Made by a program: the position numbers and the translations under genes. The notes under the pieces are model-generated. The model ran no database searches and was not told the DNA's origin. It saw nothing but the letters and a program-made list of their open reading frames with translations. A DNA stretch of 64,000 bases from an uncultured Candidatus Saccharibacteria bacterium (lineage in GTDB: Bacteria > Patescibacteriota > Minisyncoccia > SW-4-49-11), in contig CAZWIJ010000003.1 of NCBI GenBank assembly GCA_964633865.1, positions 40,656 to 104,655 of the forward strand, written 5' to 3'. The stretch's first letter is position 1. Each line of letters starts with the position of its first letter. Below are positions 10,609 through 21,840 of this stretch, piece after piece.

Positions 10609-11523
10609 TTATATTTTATTTGATAAATATTTCAAAAATGATATCAAAAATATTCCTATTCCAAAGAAAATACTTATCTCTAACAATTTAATAACTGGCA
10701 TTTCAAAAGGTGATAAATATATTTTATCAGAACCTTCAAGTTCAAAAAATGGCCAGAGAATTCTTATAGAAGCAATTAATATTCCCGTTAAAAAAGCCAT
10801 TAATTCATCATTATAATATTTTAAAGCTTTTTTTAGAAATCTGACAAATAAAGAAAATCCTGTCAATATTCCCATCAAAAAAACTCCAAAAGAAATAAGT
10901 GCCTCAAAATTAAAATTTAATAATGACTCTATCAAACTCAAAATATATTGATATAATCCTAATACTACTAAAAGAAAAGAACCACTAATTCCAGGTAGAA
11001 TCATAGCAGAAATAGCTATTGCCCCACCTATAAAAACATACACTAAAGATGGGTTTTGTATTTCTTTAAGAGGATTAACTGAAAAAACTATTATAAAAAA
11101 TATGGTTGAAATCAAAACTATCCAATAACTCTTACTTGTTCTATTCTTAATTTCATTCCACGGAACAGATAAAGTCATTAAAGTTAGTCCAAGAAACCAA
11201 GCATATACATTTTGAGGTTTTAATTCTAACCATAGATGCAAGAATTGAGCTAAACTTGTAATAGCCAATATCATACCTACAAACAAAGGTATTGCAAATT
11301 TCCAATCAATATCTTTAATCTTAGATATAATATTAGATAATTTACTTTTACCCATTAAAAACCTAAAAAACTCTTTGGCTATTTCTGATACAGAGTATAG
11401 AATCTCAATAAATTTTTCATATATACCCAAAACAAGTGCTATTGTAGAACCACTTACTCCAGGAATTATTTCAGCTACTCCCATAAAAAATCCCTGAATA
11501 ACTGTTATTAGTACTTTCTTCAT
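10609..11523 (-). CDS. DUF368 family membrane protein (putative undecaprenyl-phosphate translocase)
   Basis: Duplicated PGVSGST / PGISGS motifs. Confidence 0.88.
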   Translation of the reverse strand: MKKVLITVIQGFFMGVAEIIPGVSGSTIALVLGIYEKFIEILYSVSEIAKEFFRFLMGKSKLSNIISKIKDIDWKFAIPLFVGMILAITSLAQFLHLWLELKPQNVYAWFLGLTLMTLSVPWNEIKNRTSKSYWIVLISTIFFIIVFSVNPLKEIQNPSLVYVFIGGAIAISAMILPGISGSFLLVVLGLYQYILSLIESLLNFNFEALISFGVFLMGILTGFSLFVRFLKKALKYYNDELMAFLTGILIASIRILWPFFELEGSDKIYLSPFEMPVIKLLEISIFFGIGIFLISFLKYLSNKI

Positions 11524-11594
11524 ATTATTTTTTGATTGGTATAAATTTATATTATTATATTATATCATATTTAATTTATTTTATAAAACTTTAT

Positions 11595-12611
11595 TTATTC
11601 AGCTTTTAAATCCTCTATAAATATTGAAATTATAGATACACTTGGCACAGCTATAATAGCACCTACAGCTCCAAAAATTGAAGCTCCCAATAATATGGAT
11701 ACAAAGATAACTATTGGACTAAGTCCAGTAGCTTTACCAATTATTAAGGGTTCATAAACATTACTCTGAATATTTTGTAAAATTATATATGCAATTATAA
11801 TAATTAATCCTAACTGAATTGAAATAGAAAAAGCTATAATAATAACAGGAAAGACTGCTATCAAAGGTCCTATATAAGGTATTATATCGAAAATAGCAAC
11901 CATCAGTCCAAACAAAATAGCATATGGGATACCAAAAATAAGTAGTATAATATAGAAGCTGATTCCCATTAGACTAGATGTTATCATCTTACCAACTAAC
12001 CACTCACCTACTTTAGTTCTGGCTTTCTCTATATTATTTCTGATTTTTTTTTGATATTTATAAGGAGAAAAAAATGTAAATATATCATCAAAACTTTTAA
12101 AATTAATTGAAATATAAAATGTTAAAACTAATATTACCAGTGTATTAAATATTACTAAACTAATCTCTTTTGAAGTTAATATAATGCTATTAATAAAATC
12201 TGTTGAATACTTTGGTAAATCTAATTTTATCCCATTTCCACTAATATCAAAGTTATTTCCAAAAGATCCTAAAGATATATCTTCAATAAATTTTTCAAAA
12301 TTTGATGTAATAATAGGTATATTTTTTATAAAAGCATTTATTTCTGAAACTAAAGTTGGCACAAAAATAATTAAAATCAAAGATAATACAAACAAAATAA
12401 AGCTAAATACTAATGTTAAGCTAAATAAATAATTAATATTCAATTTATCGCTTATTTTTCTAGAAAATAATATTATACCAGATGAAATTATAAAAGAAAT
12501 TAATAATATTATAAATACTACTCTTAATTGATAGATTAAAAATATTATTATTGAGAAATATATTAATTTTAATAAATTATCTGTTGAAATTTCTACATTA
12601 TACTTATCCAT
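11595..12611 (-). CDS. AI-2E/PerM family transporter
   Basis: IPYIGP, QNIQSNVYEP, GAIIAVP. Confidence 0.88.
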   Translation of the reverse strand: MDKYNVEISTDNLLKLIYFSIIIFLIYQLRVVFIILLISFIISSGIILFSRKISDKLNINYLFSLTLVFSFILFVLSLILIIFVPTLVSEINAFIKNIPIITSNFEKFIEDISLGSFGNNFDISGNGIKLDLPKYSTDFINSIILTSKEISLVIFNTLVILVLTFYISINFKSFDDIFTFFSPYKYQKKIRNNIEKARTKVGEWLVGKMITSSLMGISFYIILLIFGIPYAILFGLMVAIFDIIPYIGPLIAVFPVIIIAFSISIQLGLIIIIAYIILQNIQSNVYEPLIIGKATGLSPIVIFVSILLGASIFGAVGAIIAVPSVSIISIFIEDLKAE

Positions 12612-12647
12612 CTTTTTATGTTTATTATAAAATTAATTATATCACAA

Positions 12648-13544
12648 TTATTTCTGACAAGAAAGACACATAACCGTTGTCCTATTATTTATAGTAGACT
12701 TATTTAAAATATTACCACATACAAGGCATTCTTTTCCACCTCTACCATAAACTTTATGTTCTCTTGCAAATGTTCCTCTGCTACCATCCGCCATAATATA
12801 ATTAGCTACGGAAGAACCTCCTAGTTCTATAGCTCTATCAAATACTTTAATTATATTTTCATATAACAATTCTACCTCACTTAGAGTCAAACTAGAACTT
12901 ATTCTATCTGGCCTAATTTTACATCGAAAACAAACTTCATCTACATAAATATTACCAAGTCCAACAACAACTTTCTGATTCATTAAAACTGTTTTTAATT
13001 TAGAGTTACTTTTATTTAAAGACTTATATAAAAAATCTAATGTAAACTCTGTATCCCATGGTTCCAATCCTAAATATTTAAAATGATTATTTTCCAATAA
13101 ATTACTCATCTTCTCATAATATAAAACATAACCAAACATACGAATATCATTATAAAATAGAGTTCCTTTATCTAAATTAAAAACTATATGTGAATGTTTA
13201 TTTGGTAATGTACTTTCTGAGATTTCTATTGGATGTCCTCCTAAAGCTTTATTTTTACCATTTTCTACATAAACAAGTTGTCCTGTCATCTTTAAATGAA
13301 CCAAAATCAAGCTATCATTTTCTAACTTGATAATAATATTTTTAGCTCTTCTCTCAATAGATATAATTTTTTGTCCCTTAATTGACTTAATAAATTCTAG
13401 TAATTTATCTTGAGACTCAACTCTTTTTGTACCACTACCACTTATTATTTTAGGTTTATGAACAGAAACATCAATTATTTTTTTACCAATAATAAATTTC
13501 CTTAAAGATCTAACTAAACTTTCTACTTCTGGTAATTCTGGCAT
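12648..13544 (-). CDS. mutM: formamidopyrimidine-DNA glycosylase
   Basis: N-terminal PELPEVE, HLKMTG, GLGNIYVDE, C4 zinc finger. Confidence 0.96.
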   Translation of the reverse strand: MPELPEVESLVRSLRKFIIGKKIIDVSVHKPKIISGSGTKRVESQDKLLEFIKSIKGQKIISIERRAKNIIIKLENDSLILVHLKMTGQLVYVENGKNKALGGHPIEISESTLPNKHSHIVFNLDKGTLFYNDIRMFGYVLYYEKMSNLLENNHFKYLGLEPWDTEFTLDFLYKSLNKSNSKLKTVLMNQKVVVGLGNIYVDEVCFRCKIRPDRISSSLTLSEVELLYENIIKVFDRAIELGGSSVANYIMADGSRGTFAREHKVYGRGGKECLVCGNILNKSTINNRTTVMCLSCQK

Positions 13545-13561
13545 AAATTTATGAGTTATTT

Positions 13562-14278
13562 TTACTTTTTTCTTTTATTATATTCCAAAGTTTTCCTAAG
13601 ATCAGTAACAAAAGATGCGTCTATATCTAGAGTATCAAATAATGCAGAATATGCTTGTTCATTAGGAACTAATAGTTTTTCTAATTTTCCCTTATTTTGC
13701 AAATACTGAACTAAACTATAGAAATCACCATCTCCACTTACTATAACAGCTTTATTATATTGATTAATTTTTGTTAAAGCATAAAGTGTAATTTCTGTAT
13801 CTACATTACCTTTTATATCACCAAATTTATTAGCAATAGTTGGCTTGAAAACAAGATGATAACCAAAGTCTTGTAATGCTGAGTATAAAGTTTGATTAGT
13901 AGTAATAAGCCCAATAAAGATATAAGCTTTTTTAACATTATATTTAGTATCTAGGTATTGCCTAAATTCTTTATAATCAAGATTCCAACCTTGTAATTTT
14001 ACGGCCTTATTCAAATTTTGACCATCAATAAATGCATAATTTTCTTTTAGAGACTCTTTCTGATTAGTAATTTTAGCTTGAATACTTTTATGTATTATAT
14101 TTTTAGGTGGCAAATTTTGCTTTGTCTTTTTTTCTATATGCTTCAATTTAATATTTTCTTTTGCGATTTTAGAGTTAATATTTTTCTCTATAACTTTTAC
14201 AGCTAGATCATCACCTGTTGTAAAAAATTTAGGTGATTTAAAGTTCTTTTTTTTAAAACTATTTCTATTATTATCCAT
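13562..14278 (-). CDS. NYN (LabA/DUF88) domain protein with basic N-terminal extension
   Basis: FIDGQNL, KGNVDTE, VSGDGDF. Confidence 0.88.
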   Translation of the reverse strand: MDNNRNSFKKKNFKSPKFFTTGDDLAVKVIEKNINSKIAKENIKLKHIEKKTKQNLPPKNIIHKSIQAKITNQKESLKENYAFIDGQNLNKAVKLQGWNLDYKEFRQYLDTKYNVKKAYIFIGLITTNQTLYSALQDFGYHLVFKPTIANKFGDIKGNVDTEITLYALTKINQYNKAVIVSGDGDFYSLVQYLQNKGKLEKLLVPNEQAYSALFDTLDIDASFVTDLRKTLEYNKRKK

Positions 14279-14285
14279 TATAAAA

Positions 14286-15038
14286 TTAAATTATTGTTAA
14301 TATCTCAACACCATTTTTGGTTACTAAAACCGTATTTTCATAATGTGCAGATAGACTATGATCATCAGAAATGACAGTCCACTCATCATCAGAATCCACA
14401 TAAATTTCTTCTGAACCTAAAGTTACCATTGGTTCCAAAGCTATTGTCATACCCTCTCTCAAAATAAATCCTTGTCCTTTAACACCATAATTAGGAATAT
14501 TAGGATCTTCATGTAAAGCTTCTCCTATTCCATGTCCAGCATAATCTCTGATGATTCCATAATTAAATTGTGATAAATATTTTTCTACAGCATAACCATA
14601 ATCTCCAACAGTACTCTCATCTTTAATAGTTGAGATTCCTTTATAAAAAGATTTTTTTGTTCTCTCAATTAATAAATTAGCTGCTTCTGAAATTTCACCC
14701 ACTCCAAAGCTTCTCGCAGCATCTAAATATAAACCTTCCAAAATCAAACCACAATCAAGAGAAACAATATCTCCTTCTTGGACTATCTTATCTTGTTTGG
14801 GTACTCCATGGATTATTTCTTCATTGATAGAAATACAAACTGCACCTATAAACCCATGATAACCCAAAAAAGCTGGCTTTACTTTTTTCTGTTTGAAAAA
14901 CTCTTGAACTTTAGTATCTATTTCCAAAGTAGATACTCCTTGATTAGTAATAGATTCCATATATTCTAAAGCCTCAGCCAAAATCTTACCACCTCTTCTC
15001 ATCACTTCTATCTGTAATTTGTTCTTAATTTGAACCAT
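14286..15038 (-). CDS. map: methionine aminopeptidase type I
   Basis: IHGVP, GHGIG, HEDP, EPM, SAHYENT. Confidence 0.96.
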   Translation of the reverse strand: MVQIKNKLQIEVMRRGGKILAEALEYMESITNQGVSTLEIDTKVQEFFKQKKVKPAFLGYHGFIGAVCISINEEIIHGVPKQDKIVQEGDIVSLDCGLILEGLYLDAARSFGVGEISEAANLLIERTKKSFYKGISTIKDESTVGDYGYAVEKYLSQFNYGIIRDYAGHGIGEALHEDPNIPNYGVKGQGFILREGMTIALEPMVTLGSEEIYVDSDDEWTVISDDHSLSAHYENTVLVTKNGVEILTII

Positions 15039-15051
15039 AAATTATAATTTA

Positions 15052-15648
15052 TTAAATATTCAATCCTTCTTTATTTAGGCTATTTAAAATATCTTTTGAT
15101 ACTAATTCCATTGATTTATTACCATCAATAGTAATCAATGTTCCTTTTTCTTTGAAATATTCTATCGCAGGAATAACTATTTCTCGATAAGCTTCTAATC
15201 TATTTTGAATATGCTCAAGCTCATCATCTGCTCTATGAATAAGATTTTTTCTTTCTGTTAGCCTTTCTATTGCAACCTCATCTGGAATATCAATATATAT
15301 AGCTTTATATGGTCTTTCAAACCAACCCAAAACTTCATGTACAAGCTCAGCTTCTCTCTTTGATCTTGCAGCTCCATCTAAGATAACACTATCTTCTCTC
15401 CCTAATTTGTTAAATAATTTTTCCATTAAAACATAAGATGGAAACCAATAAGGAAGTAAATCTCCTTTTTCAATAGTTGATTTAACTTTATTTGATACAA
15501 AATTTTTCTTTTTAGATATCTCTCTAAAAAATTCTCCGTACCCTACTATAGAAAACCTTAATCTTTCTTTCAAAATTCCACTTTGTGTACCTTTACCTGC
15601 TCCTGGTTTTCCGAGCATAATCAAGGTATTAATTTCTGATTGATTCAT
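15052..15648 (-). CDS. adk: adenylate kinase (short LID)
   Basis: GKPGAGKGTQ, LDGAAR, RADD; directly upstream of map. Confidence 0.85.
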   Translation of the reverse strand: MNQSEINTLIMLGKPGAGKGTQSGILKERLRFSIVGYGEFFREISKKKNFVSNKVKSTIEKGDLLPYWFPSYVLMEKLFNKLGREDSVILDGAARSKREAELVHEVLGWFERPYKAIYIDIPDEVAIERLTERKNLIHRADDELEHIQNRLEAYREIVIPAIEYFKEKGTLITIDGNKSMELVSKDILNSLNKEGLNI

Positions 15649-15713
15649 AAAATAAATAGTTAATATTCTTTATATTATAAACTATTTCGAATAAAATATC
15701 AAATTAAAATTTA

Positions 15714-17846
15714 TTATTGAGTAAATTTTAATATAAATATATCATATGAACCATTTGTACTTAATGAAACTAAATTTCCATTTATATCATTCCCTAAGCT
15801 CATTAGGTTTGATATAAAATAACCAGATATTATTAAATTATCATAATCATCAATCATAACTAAACTTCCAAAATCATTTCCATTTTGTATTAAACTTTTT
15901 TTTGAATATAATAAACCACCATTTAAATTATACTTTGATATATGGAGCTCTTCACTTTCATTATTATTTAAATTGATTGGATTTCCATTTATATCATTCC
16001 CTAAATTTATAGGATTAGAGCTGAAATATCCTGTAACTATTATATTATTGTCATTATCAATAGCGATGTTATTAATATAATCATTATCATTTCCTCCTGC
16101 ACTCCTTGCCCACAATAATTCTCCATCAATGTTATATTTTGATATATAAAAGTCTTGAATTCCATTATTATTTAGATTTATTGGATTTCCATTTATATCA
16201 TTTCCTAAACTAAGTACATTCGATTGAAAACTACCTGCTACTATTATATTGTTATCATTATCAAGTTTCATATCATTCATATAATCAAATCCTCCCCCTC
16301 CTGCACTCTTTGCCCATAATAGTTCTCCATCAATATTATATTTTGATATATATGTATCTCTACTTCCATTATTACTTAAATTTATTGGGTTTCCATTTAT
16401 ATCATTTCCTAAATTTAGTACATTCGATTGGAAACTACCTGCCACTATTATATTGTTACCATTATCACTTGTTATAGAAAAACCATAATCAGCTAAATTA
16501 CCTCCTGCACTCTTTGCCCATAATAATTCCCCATCAATATTATATTTTGATATAAAAAAGTCTTGACTACCATTATTATTTAAATTTATTGGGTTTCCAT
16601 TTATATCATTTCCTAAACTCATAGGATTAGAGCTGAAATATCCTGTAACTATTATATTATTGTCATTATCACTCGTTATAGAAATACCGTATTCACCTAA
16701 AGTTTCTCCACTACTCTTTGCCCATAATAATTCTCCATCAATATTATATTTTGATATATAAAAGTCTTGACTTCCATTATTATTTAGATTTATTGGATTT
16801 CCATTTATATCACTTCCTAAATTCATTATATTTGAATCAAAATATCCTGTAATTATTATATTATCGTTATTATCACTCGTCACATGACTAACATTATCAA
16901 ATCCACTTCCTCCTGCACTCTTTGCCCATAATAATTCTCCATCAGTGTTATATTTTGATAGATATATATCTCTGTTACCATTATTATTTAAATTGATTGG
17001 ATTTCCATTTATATCACTTCCTAAATTCATTACATTTGAGTCAAAATATCCTGTAATTATTATATTATCATTATTATCACTCGTCACATGACTAACATTA
17101 TCAAATCCACTTCCTCCTGCACTCTTTGCCCAAAGAGTAGTTAGTGAAGGAATATTAACTTGAGTTATACTTCCACTTGCTAGTACATTTTCACCTATCA
17201 CTATTTTTGATACTATCTCTTTTCCTGCATCTGCTGTTTGCACCACATAACTTATCCCTGTTCCTACTTGAGTCTCTATTCCAGCATCCACTGTATACCA
17301 AATTAGACTTTCTTCTGATATATTTAGTCCTGTTGGGAGTGTTACTGTCAATGTCTGTCCTACTTCATTTGTTCCATTTATTACTAAACTTAGTTCTATT
17401 GGATTAATTATTATAAATTCTCCTAATACAGCTTTATCTGCAAATACACTTATTTTATTATTTACATTATTTATACCCGCTTTATATCCTCCTCCTTTTG
17501 GATCTCTTGGTATTTCTGCTATATATGTTGGAACTAACTCTCTCAGATCTATCTTTCCTGTACAATCTGTTGAATCTCCCTCTATCTCTTTTCCTGTATC
17601 ACATATTTCACCGTATAATCCTGTTGCATCATCTATTATATCTTTTGGATATCTTCCATTCGATATATAATATTGATCTAATGCTTTTTGTACTGTATTT
17701 ATTCCTCCCCATCTACTTGCATTCTCTGCTTTTCCTATCTGTCTTAATGGATTTATAGCGACAATAACTATACTTGCTAATATTCCTATTGATGCTATTA
17801 CCAACAATATCTCTAATAATGTAAATCCTTTCTTTTTATTATTCAT
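15714..17846 (-). CDS. type IV pilin-like protein fused to Ig-like segment and beta-propeller (SBBP-like) repeats
   Basis: Prepilin KKG-FTLLE motif and hydrophobic helix; seven ~68-aa WAKSAGG...KYNIDGELL repeats. Confidence 0.85.
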   Translation of the reverse strand: MNNKKKGFTLLEILLVIASIGILASIVIVAINPLRQIGKAENASRWGGINTVQKALDQYYISNGRYPKDIIDDATGLYGEICDTGKEIEGDSTDCTGKIDLRELVPTYIAEIPRDPKGGGYKAGINNVNNKISVFADKAVLGEFIIINPIELSLVINGTNEVGQTLTVTLPTGLNISEESLIWYTVDAGIETQVGTGISYVVQTADAGKEIVSKIVIGENVLASGSITQVNIPSLTTLWAKSAGGSGFDNVSHVTSDNNDNIIITGYFDSNVMNLGSDINGNPINLNNNGNRDIYLSKYNTDGELLWAKSAGGSGFDNVSHVTSDNNDNIIITGYFDSNIMNLGSDINGNPINLNNNGSQDFYISKYNIDGELLWAKSSGETLGEYGISITSDNDNNIIVTGYFSSNPMSLGNDINGNPINLNNNGSQDFFISKYNIDGELLWAKSAGGNLADYGFSITSDNGNNIIVAGSFQSNVLNLGNDINGNPINLSNNGSRDTYISKYNIDGELLWAKSAGGGGFDYMNDMKLDNDNNIIVAGSFQSNVLSLGNDINGNPINLNNNGIQDFYISKYNIDGELLWARSAGGNDNDYINNIAIDNDNNIIVTGYFSSNPINLGNDINGNPINLNNNESEELHISKYNLNGGLLYSKKSLIQNGNDFGSLVMIDDYDNLIISGYFISNLMSLGNDINGNLVSLSTNGSYDIFILKFTQ
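15720..17133 (-). repeat. intragenic tandem repeat, 204-bp unit x ~7
   Basis: CTCTTTGCCCA-like anchor recurs at ~17122, 16918, 16714, 16510, 16306 and 16102; last unit degenerate. Confidence 0.9.
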
Positions 17847-17922
17847 ATCTTAATTATTTATTATGTTAATTATTATATTATAATAATTATATCATATCTT
17901 TTATTGTTTTCAAGATATAAAA

Positions 17923-18774
17923 TTATTTTTTACCTAAATACTCGGCTAAGGCTTCTTTCCAGATTCTCATCTTAGTATTTAATTTAGTATTTAATAAAAT
18001 ACTAAATTTAGGTCTTCTAGCTAAAGTTTTATATTCAGATGAACTTATAGGATTTAGTTTTATATCTATATTTTTCAGTCTAAATATCTCTGATGCAAAT
18101 TCATACCAACTTACTGCTCCTTCATTGGATAAATGATAAATTCCCTTACCCAAATTATTGTTAATGATATAATTTGTTCTTTTAGCCACATCTAAGGTAT
18201 AAGTTGGACTTCCTATTTGATCATTAATAATACTAAGTTCAGTTTTATTCTTAGAAAGATGAATCATTGTATCAACAAAATTCTTGCCCCCACTACCATA
18301 TAACCAAGATATTCTAAAAATATAATATACAAAATCTGGATTATTATTAGCAATATCTGAAATATAATTTTCTGCCTTTAACTTTGTTAACCCATAAAAA
18401 TTAACTGGATTTATTGGTATATCAGACTCTTTATATCCATTTTTATTTTCTCCATCAAAAACATAATCTGTAGAATATTGAATAAATTTTATTTTGTTAT
18501 AAGAACAATATTTAGCTAAATTATAAACTCCTAGAGAATTAATTTTCTCCACTTTATTTTGCTCACTAAATTCTTCTGCTTTATCTACTAGAGTATATGC
18601 CGCACAATTTATAACAAAATCCAACTCATATTGAGATAAAAATTGTTCAACATTTTCTTTTGAAGATATATCTAAATTATTTCTATCCGTCAAAATTATT
18701 TCATGATCTAAACTTAATACCTTAGCTAAATCATGAGATAACATTCCCTTAGATCCTGTAATTAAAATTTTCAT
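17923..18774 (-). CDS. rfbD: dTDP-4-dehydrorhamnose reductase
   Basis: GSKGML, NCAAYT, STDYVFDG, YGLTK, DQIGSPT. Confidence 0.95.
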   Translation of the reverse strand: MKILITGSKGMLSHDLAKVLSLDHEIILTDRNNLDISSKENVEQFLSQYELDFVINCAAYTLVDKAEEFSEQNKVEKINSLGVYNLAKYCSYNKIKFIQYSTDYVFDGENKNGYKESDIPINPVNFYGLTKLKAENYISDIANNNPDFVYYIFRISWLYGSGGKNFVDTMIHLSKNKTELSIINDQIGSPTYTLDVAKRTNYIINNNLGKGIYHLSNEGAVSWYEFASEIFRLKNIDIKLNPISSSEYKTLARRPKFSILLNTKLNTKMRIWKEALAEYLGKK

Positions 18775-18784
18775 AGATTCTAAA

Positions 18785-20038
18785 TTATTTTATACCAAAT
18801 TCTTTTTTGATATTATTAACAAAATCTAACTTTTCCCATGTGAATAATTCAACTTCCAATATTTTTTCCTTTCCTTCAGGAGAAATAAATTTTTTATTCA
18901 CAATTCTACTTTCTCTTCCCATATGACCATAAGATGATGTTTCACTATAAATAGGATTCCTTAATTTTAATCTTTTCTGTATAAAATATGGTCTCATATC
19001 AAAAATCTTTGAGATAATATTAGCTATTTCTCCATCAGACATCTTAACTTTAGCTGTGTTATAAGTATTGATATAAATTCCCATTGGTTCAGAAACTCCA
19101 ATTGCATAAGAAACTTGTACCAAAACCTCATCACATACACCAGCTGCTACCAAATTTTTAGCAATATGACGAGTTGCATAAGCTCCTGATCTGTCCACCT
19201 TACTTGGATCTTTACCAGAGAAAGCTCCTCCTCCATGAGCACCTTTTCCCCCATATGTGTCTACAATAATTTTTCTACCTGTTAAACCAGTATCTCCATG
19301 AGGACCTCCAATTACAAATTTTCCTGTAGGATTTATAAAATATTTAATTTTATTATTAAACAACTTAGAATATTCTGGATACTTAGTTTTTATTCTTGGA
19401 ATTAAAATTTCTAAAATATCTTTCTTGATTTTAGCTAACATTTTTACCTCAGCATCAAAATCATCATGTTGAGTTGAGATTACAATTGTATCTATTCTAA
19501 CTGGTTTATGGTTATCATCATATTCTAAAGTAACTTGTGACTTTGAGTCTGGTCTTAGATATTTGATTTGCTTATTCTCTCTCCTTAGATTAGCTAATTC
19601 TTTTAATATATTGTGAGCAAGATCCAAAGCCAGCGGCATATAATTTTTAGTTTCATTAGTAGCATAACCAAACATCATTCCTTGATCCCCTGCTCCTTGA
19701 TCTTCTTTTTTCTTTTTATCTACTCCTTGATTAATATCTTCTGATTGCTCATGAATTGCTGACAATATTCCACAAGAATTAGCTTCAAACATATATTCTG
19801 AATTTGTATAACCAATTTTTCTAATAACATCTCTTGCAATAAATTGTACATCTAAATAAGTTTTTGATTTCACTTCCCCTGCCAAAACAACTTGACCTGT
19901 GGTCACTAATGTCTCACAAGCAACTTTTGAATTAGGATCAAAAGCTAAAAAATTATCAATGATAGCATCTGAAATTTGATCTGCTATTTTATCTGGGTGT
20001 CCTTCTGAAACTGATTCTGATGTAAATAAATAACTCAT
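18785..20038 (-). CDS. metK: S-adenosylmethionine synthetase
   Basis: [35 protein letters not shown]. Confidence 0.97.
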   Translation of the reverse strand: MSYLFTSESVSEGHPDKIADQISDAIIDNFLAFDPNSKVACETLVTTGQVVLAGEVKSKTYLDVQFIARDVIRKIGYTNSEYMFEANSCGILSAIHEQSEDINQGVDKKKKEDQGAGDQGMMFGYATNETKNYMPLALDLAHNILKELANLRRENKQIKYLRPDSKSQVTLEYDDNHKPVRIDTIVISTQHDDFDAEVKMLAKIKKDILEILIPRIKTKYPEYSKLFNNKIKYFINPTGKFVIGGPHGDTGLTGRKIIVDTYGGKGAHGGGAFSGKDPSKVDRSGAYATRHIAKNLVAAGVCDEVLVQVSYAIGVSEPMGIYINTYNTAKVKMSDGEIANIISKIFDMRPYFIQKRLKLRNPIYSETSSYGHMGRESRIVNKKFISPEGKEKILEVELFTWEKLDFVNNIKKEFGIK

Positions 20039-20237
20039 ATTATTAATTTAAAATTAACTTATTAATATTTAGACTATAAATTTTAATTTGAATATACTTT
20101 CTATTTGTAAAATTATATCTAAAATATATTATACTATATTTATATATTTTTATACAGAAAATTACTTTAGAATTATATTTGAATTATAATCATAATTAAG
20201 GTATACTATAGATATTATTAAATAATAATTTAAATTT

Positions 20238-20804
20238 ATGTATCAAGAAAAAAATTTCAATTTAGAATCAGTAGAAGAATTATCCAAAGAACAAATTCAA
20301 GTTCATTTAGGATTATACTCAGGTTATGTCAAAAACACAAATCTTTTATTAGAGCAAATTAAATCTCTAAAATCTAATGACTCAAATCAAGTAATAGTAT
20401 CAGAATTACAAAGAAGATTAGGCTTTGAATTCAATGGAATGAGATTACATGAACTATATTTTGAACAAATCTCAGATGGAGCACAAGATTTAGACTCAAA
20501 CTCAAACCTATATCAGTTAATTAATACTCAATTTGGATCATTAGAAGAATATTTAAAAGATATTAAAAGAATTTCTTCAATGAGAGGAATTGGTTGGGTT
20601 GTTAGTTATTTGTATCAAAATGAAATAATTAATGCTTGGGTATCAGATCACGAGTTAGGACAATTAGCTACACAACCTATATTTGTTTTAGATATGTGGG
20701 AGCATGCATTTATGGTAGATTTCAGACCATCAACTAAAGTGGATTATGTAACAACTTATATTAACAATGTTAATTGGGAAAAAATAGAGAGAAGATTAGT
20801 TTAA
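20238..20804 (+). CDS. Fe/Mn superoxide dismutase family protein
   Basis: Metal ligands in VHLGLY, LHELYF and DMWEHA. Confidence 0.88.
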   Translation: MYQEKNFNLESVEELSKEQIQVHLGLYSGYVKNTNLLLEQIKSLKSNDSNQVIVSELQRRLGFEFNGMRLHELYFEQISDGAQDLDSNSNLYQLINTQFGSLEEYLKDIKRISSMRGIGWVVSYLYQNEIINAWVSDHELGQLATQPIFVLDMWEHAFMVDFRPSTKVDYVTTYINNVNWEKIERRLV

Positions 20805-20831
20805 ATTAATCTTTCCTAGAAAATTATTTTT

Positions 20832-21836
20832 ATGGCAAGAAAGATAGGAATCGATTTAGGGACAGCAAATGTATTAGTTTTTATACCTAAAAAAGGTATC
20901 GTCGTAAATGAACCTTCTGTTGTAGCAGTTGATATTTATGATAACAGAATTTTAGCCATAGGAAATGATGCAAAAGAGATGATAGGAAAAACTCCTGATG
21001 GAATAAAAGCAGTAAGACCAATTAGAGATGGTGTGATAGCAGATTATAGAATAACTGAGGCTTTGATTGGGTATTTGATAAAAAAAGTCTCACCAAGAAT
21101 TCAGTTTTTCAAACCTGATTGTATAATATCTGTTCCTGCTTCCATCACATCTACTGAGAAAAGAGCTGTAATAGAAGTAACCTTGAATGTTGGTGCTAGA
21201 AATGCTTTTGTTGTTAAAGAACCAATATTAGCAGCATTAGGAGCTGGAATAGCGATCAATGTACCTTCAGGTTCAATGGTAGTAGATATAGGCGGTGGAA
21301 CAACAGAAGTTGGAGTTATATCACTTGGTGGAATCGTAGCTTTTGCTTCTGCTAGAGTCGCTGGAGATAAATTAACTGAAGCAATTGTTAGTCACATAAA
21401 AAAAAGGTATAACTTAGCAATTGGAGATCAAATGGCTGAAGATATTAAAATTCAGATAGGTAGTGCACTTCCGATAGAAACAGATATTATGGAAATCAAA
21501 GGAAGAGATATCCTAACAGGACTTCCAAAAACTATTCAGATCTCTTCAGAAGAAGCAACCATAGCCATGCAAAATGAATTAAGAGAAATAATTCAGATTA
21601 TAAAAAATGTCCTACAAGAAACTCCACCCGAACTTTCTAGTGATATCATAGAAAAAGGTATTGTAGTAACAGGAGGAGGAGCTCTACTAAAGAACATTGC
21701 TGAATTAATTTCAAGATCAACTGGAGTTCCTTGTATCATAGCTGAAGACCCACTTTACTGTGTAGCAAAAGGAACGGGAATAATGTTAGATAATTTAGAT
21801 AAATATAAAAGAATATTAGGTCAAAGAAAAATGTAA
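20832..21836 (+). CDS. mreB: rod shape-determining protein MreB
   Basis: GIDLGTAN, DIGGGTTE, TGGGALL. Confidence 0.96.
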   Translation: MARKIGIDLGTANVLVFIPKKGIVVNEPSVVAVDIYDNRILAIGNDAKEMIGKTPDGIKAVRPIRDGVIADYRITEALIGYLIKKVSPRIQFFKPDCIISVPASITSTEKRAVIEVTLNVGARNAFVVKEPILAALGAGIAINVPSGSMVVDIGGGTTEVGVISLGGIVAFASARVAGDKLTEAIVSHIKKRYNLAIGDQMAEDIKIQIGSALPIETDIMEIKGRDILTGLPKTIQISSEEATIAMQNELREIIQIIKNVLQETPPELSSDIIEKGIVVTGGGALLKNIAELISRSTGVPCIIAEDPLYCVAKGTGIMLDNLDKYKRILGQRKM

Positions 21837-21840
21837 ATTT

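Noticed and set aside
20039-20237. SAM riboswitch upstream of metK
   Set aside because: The region is almost entirely A/T with no SAM-I/II core or stable stems.
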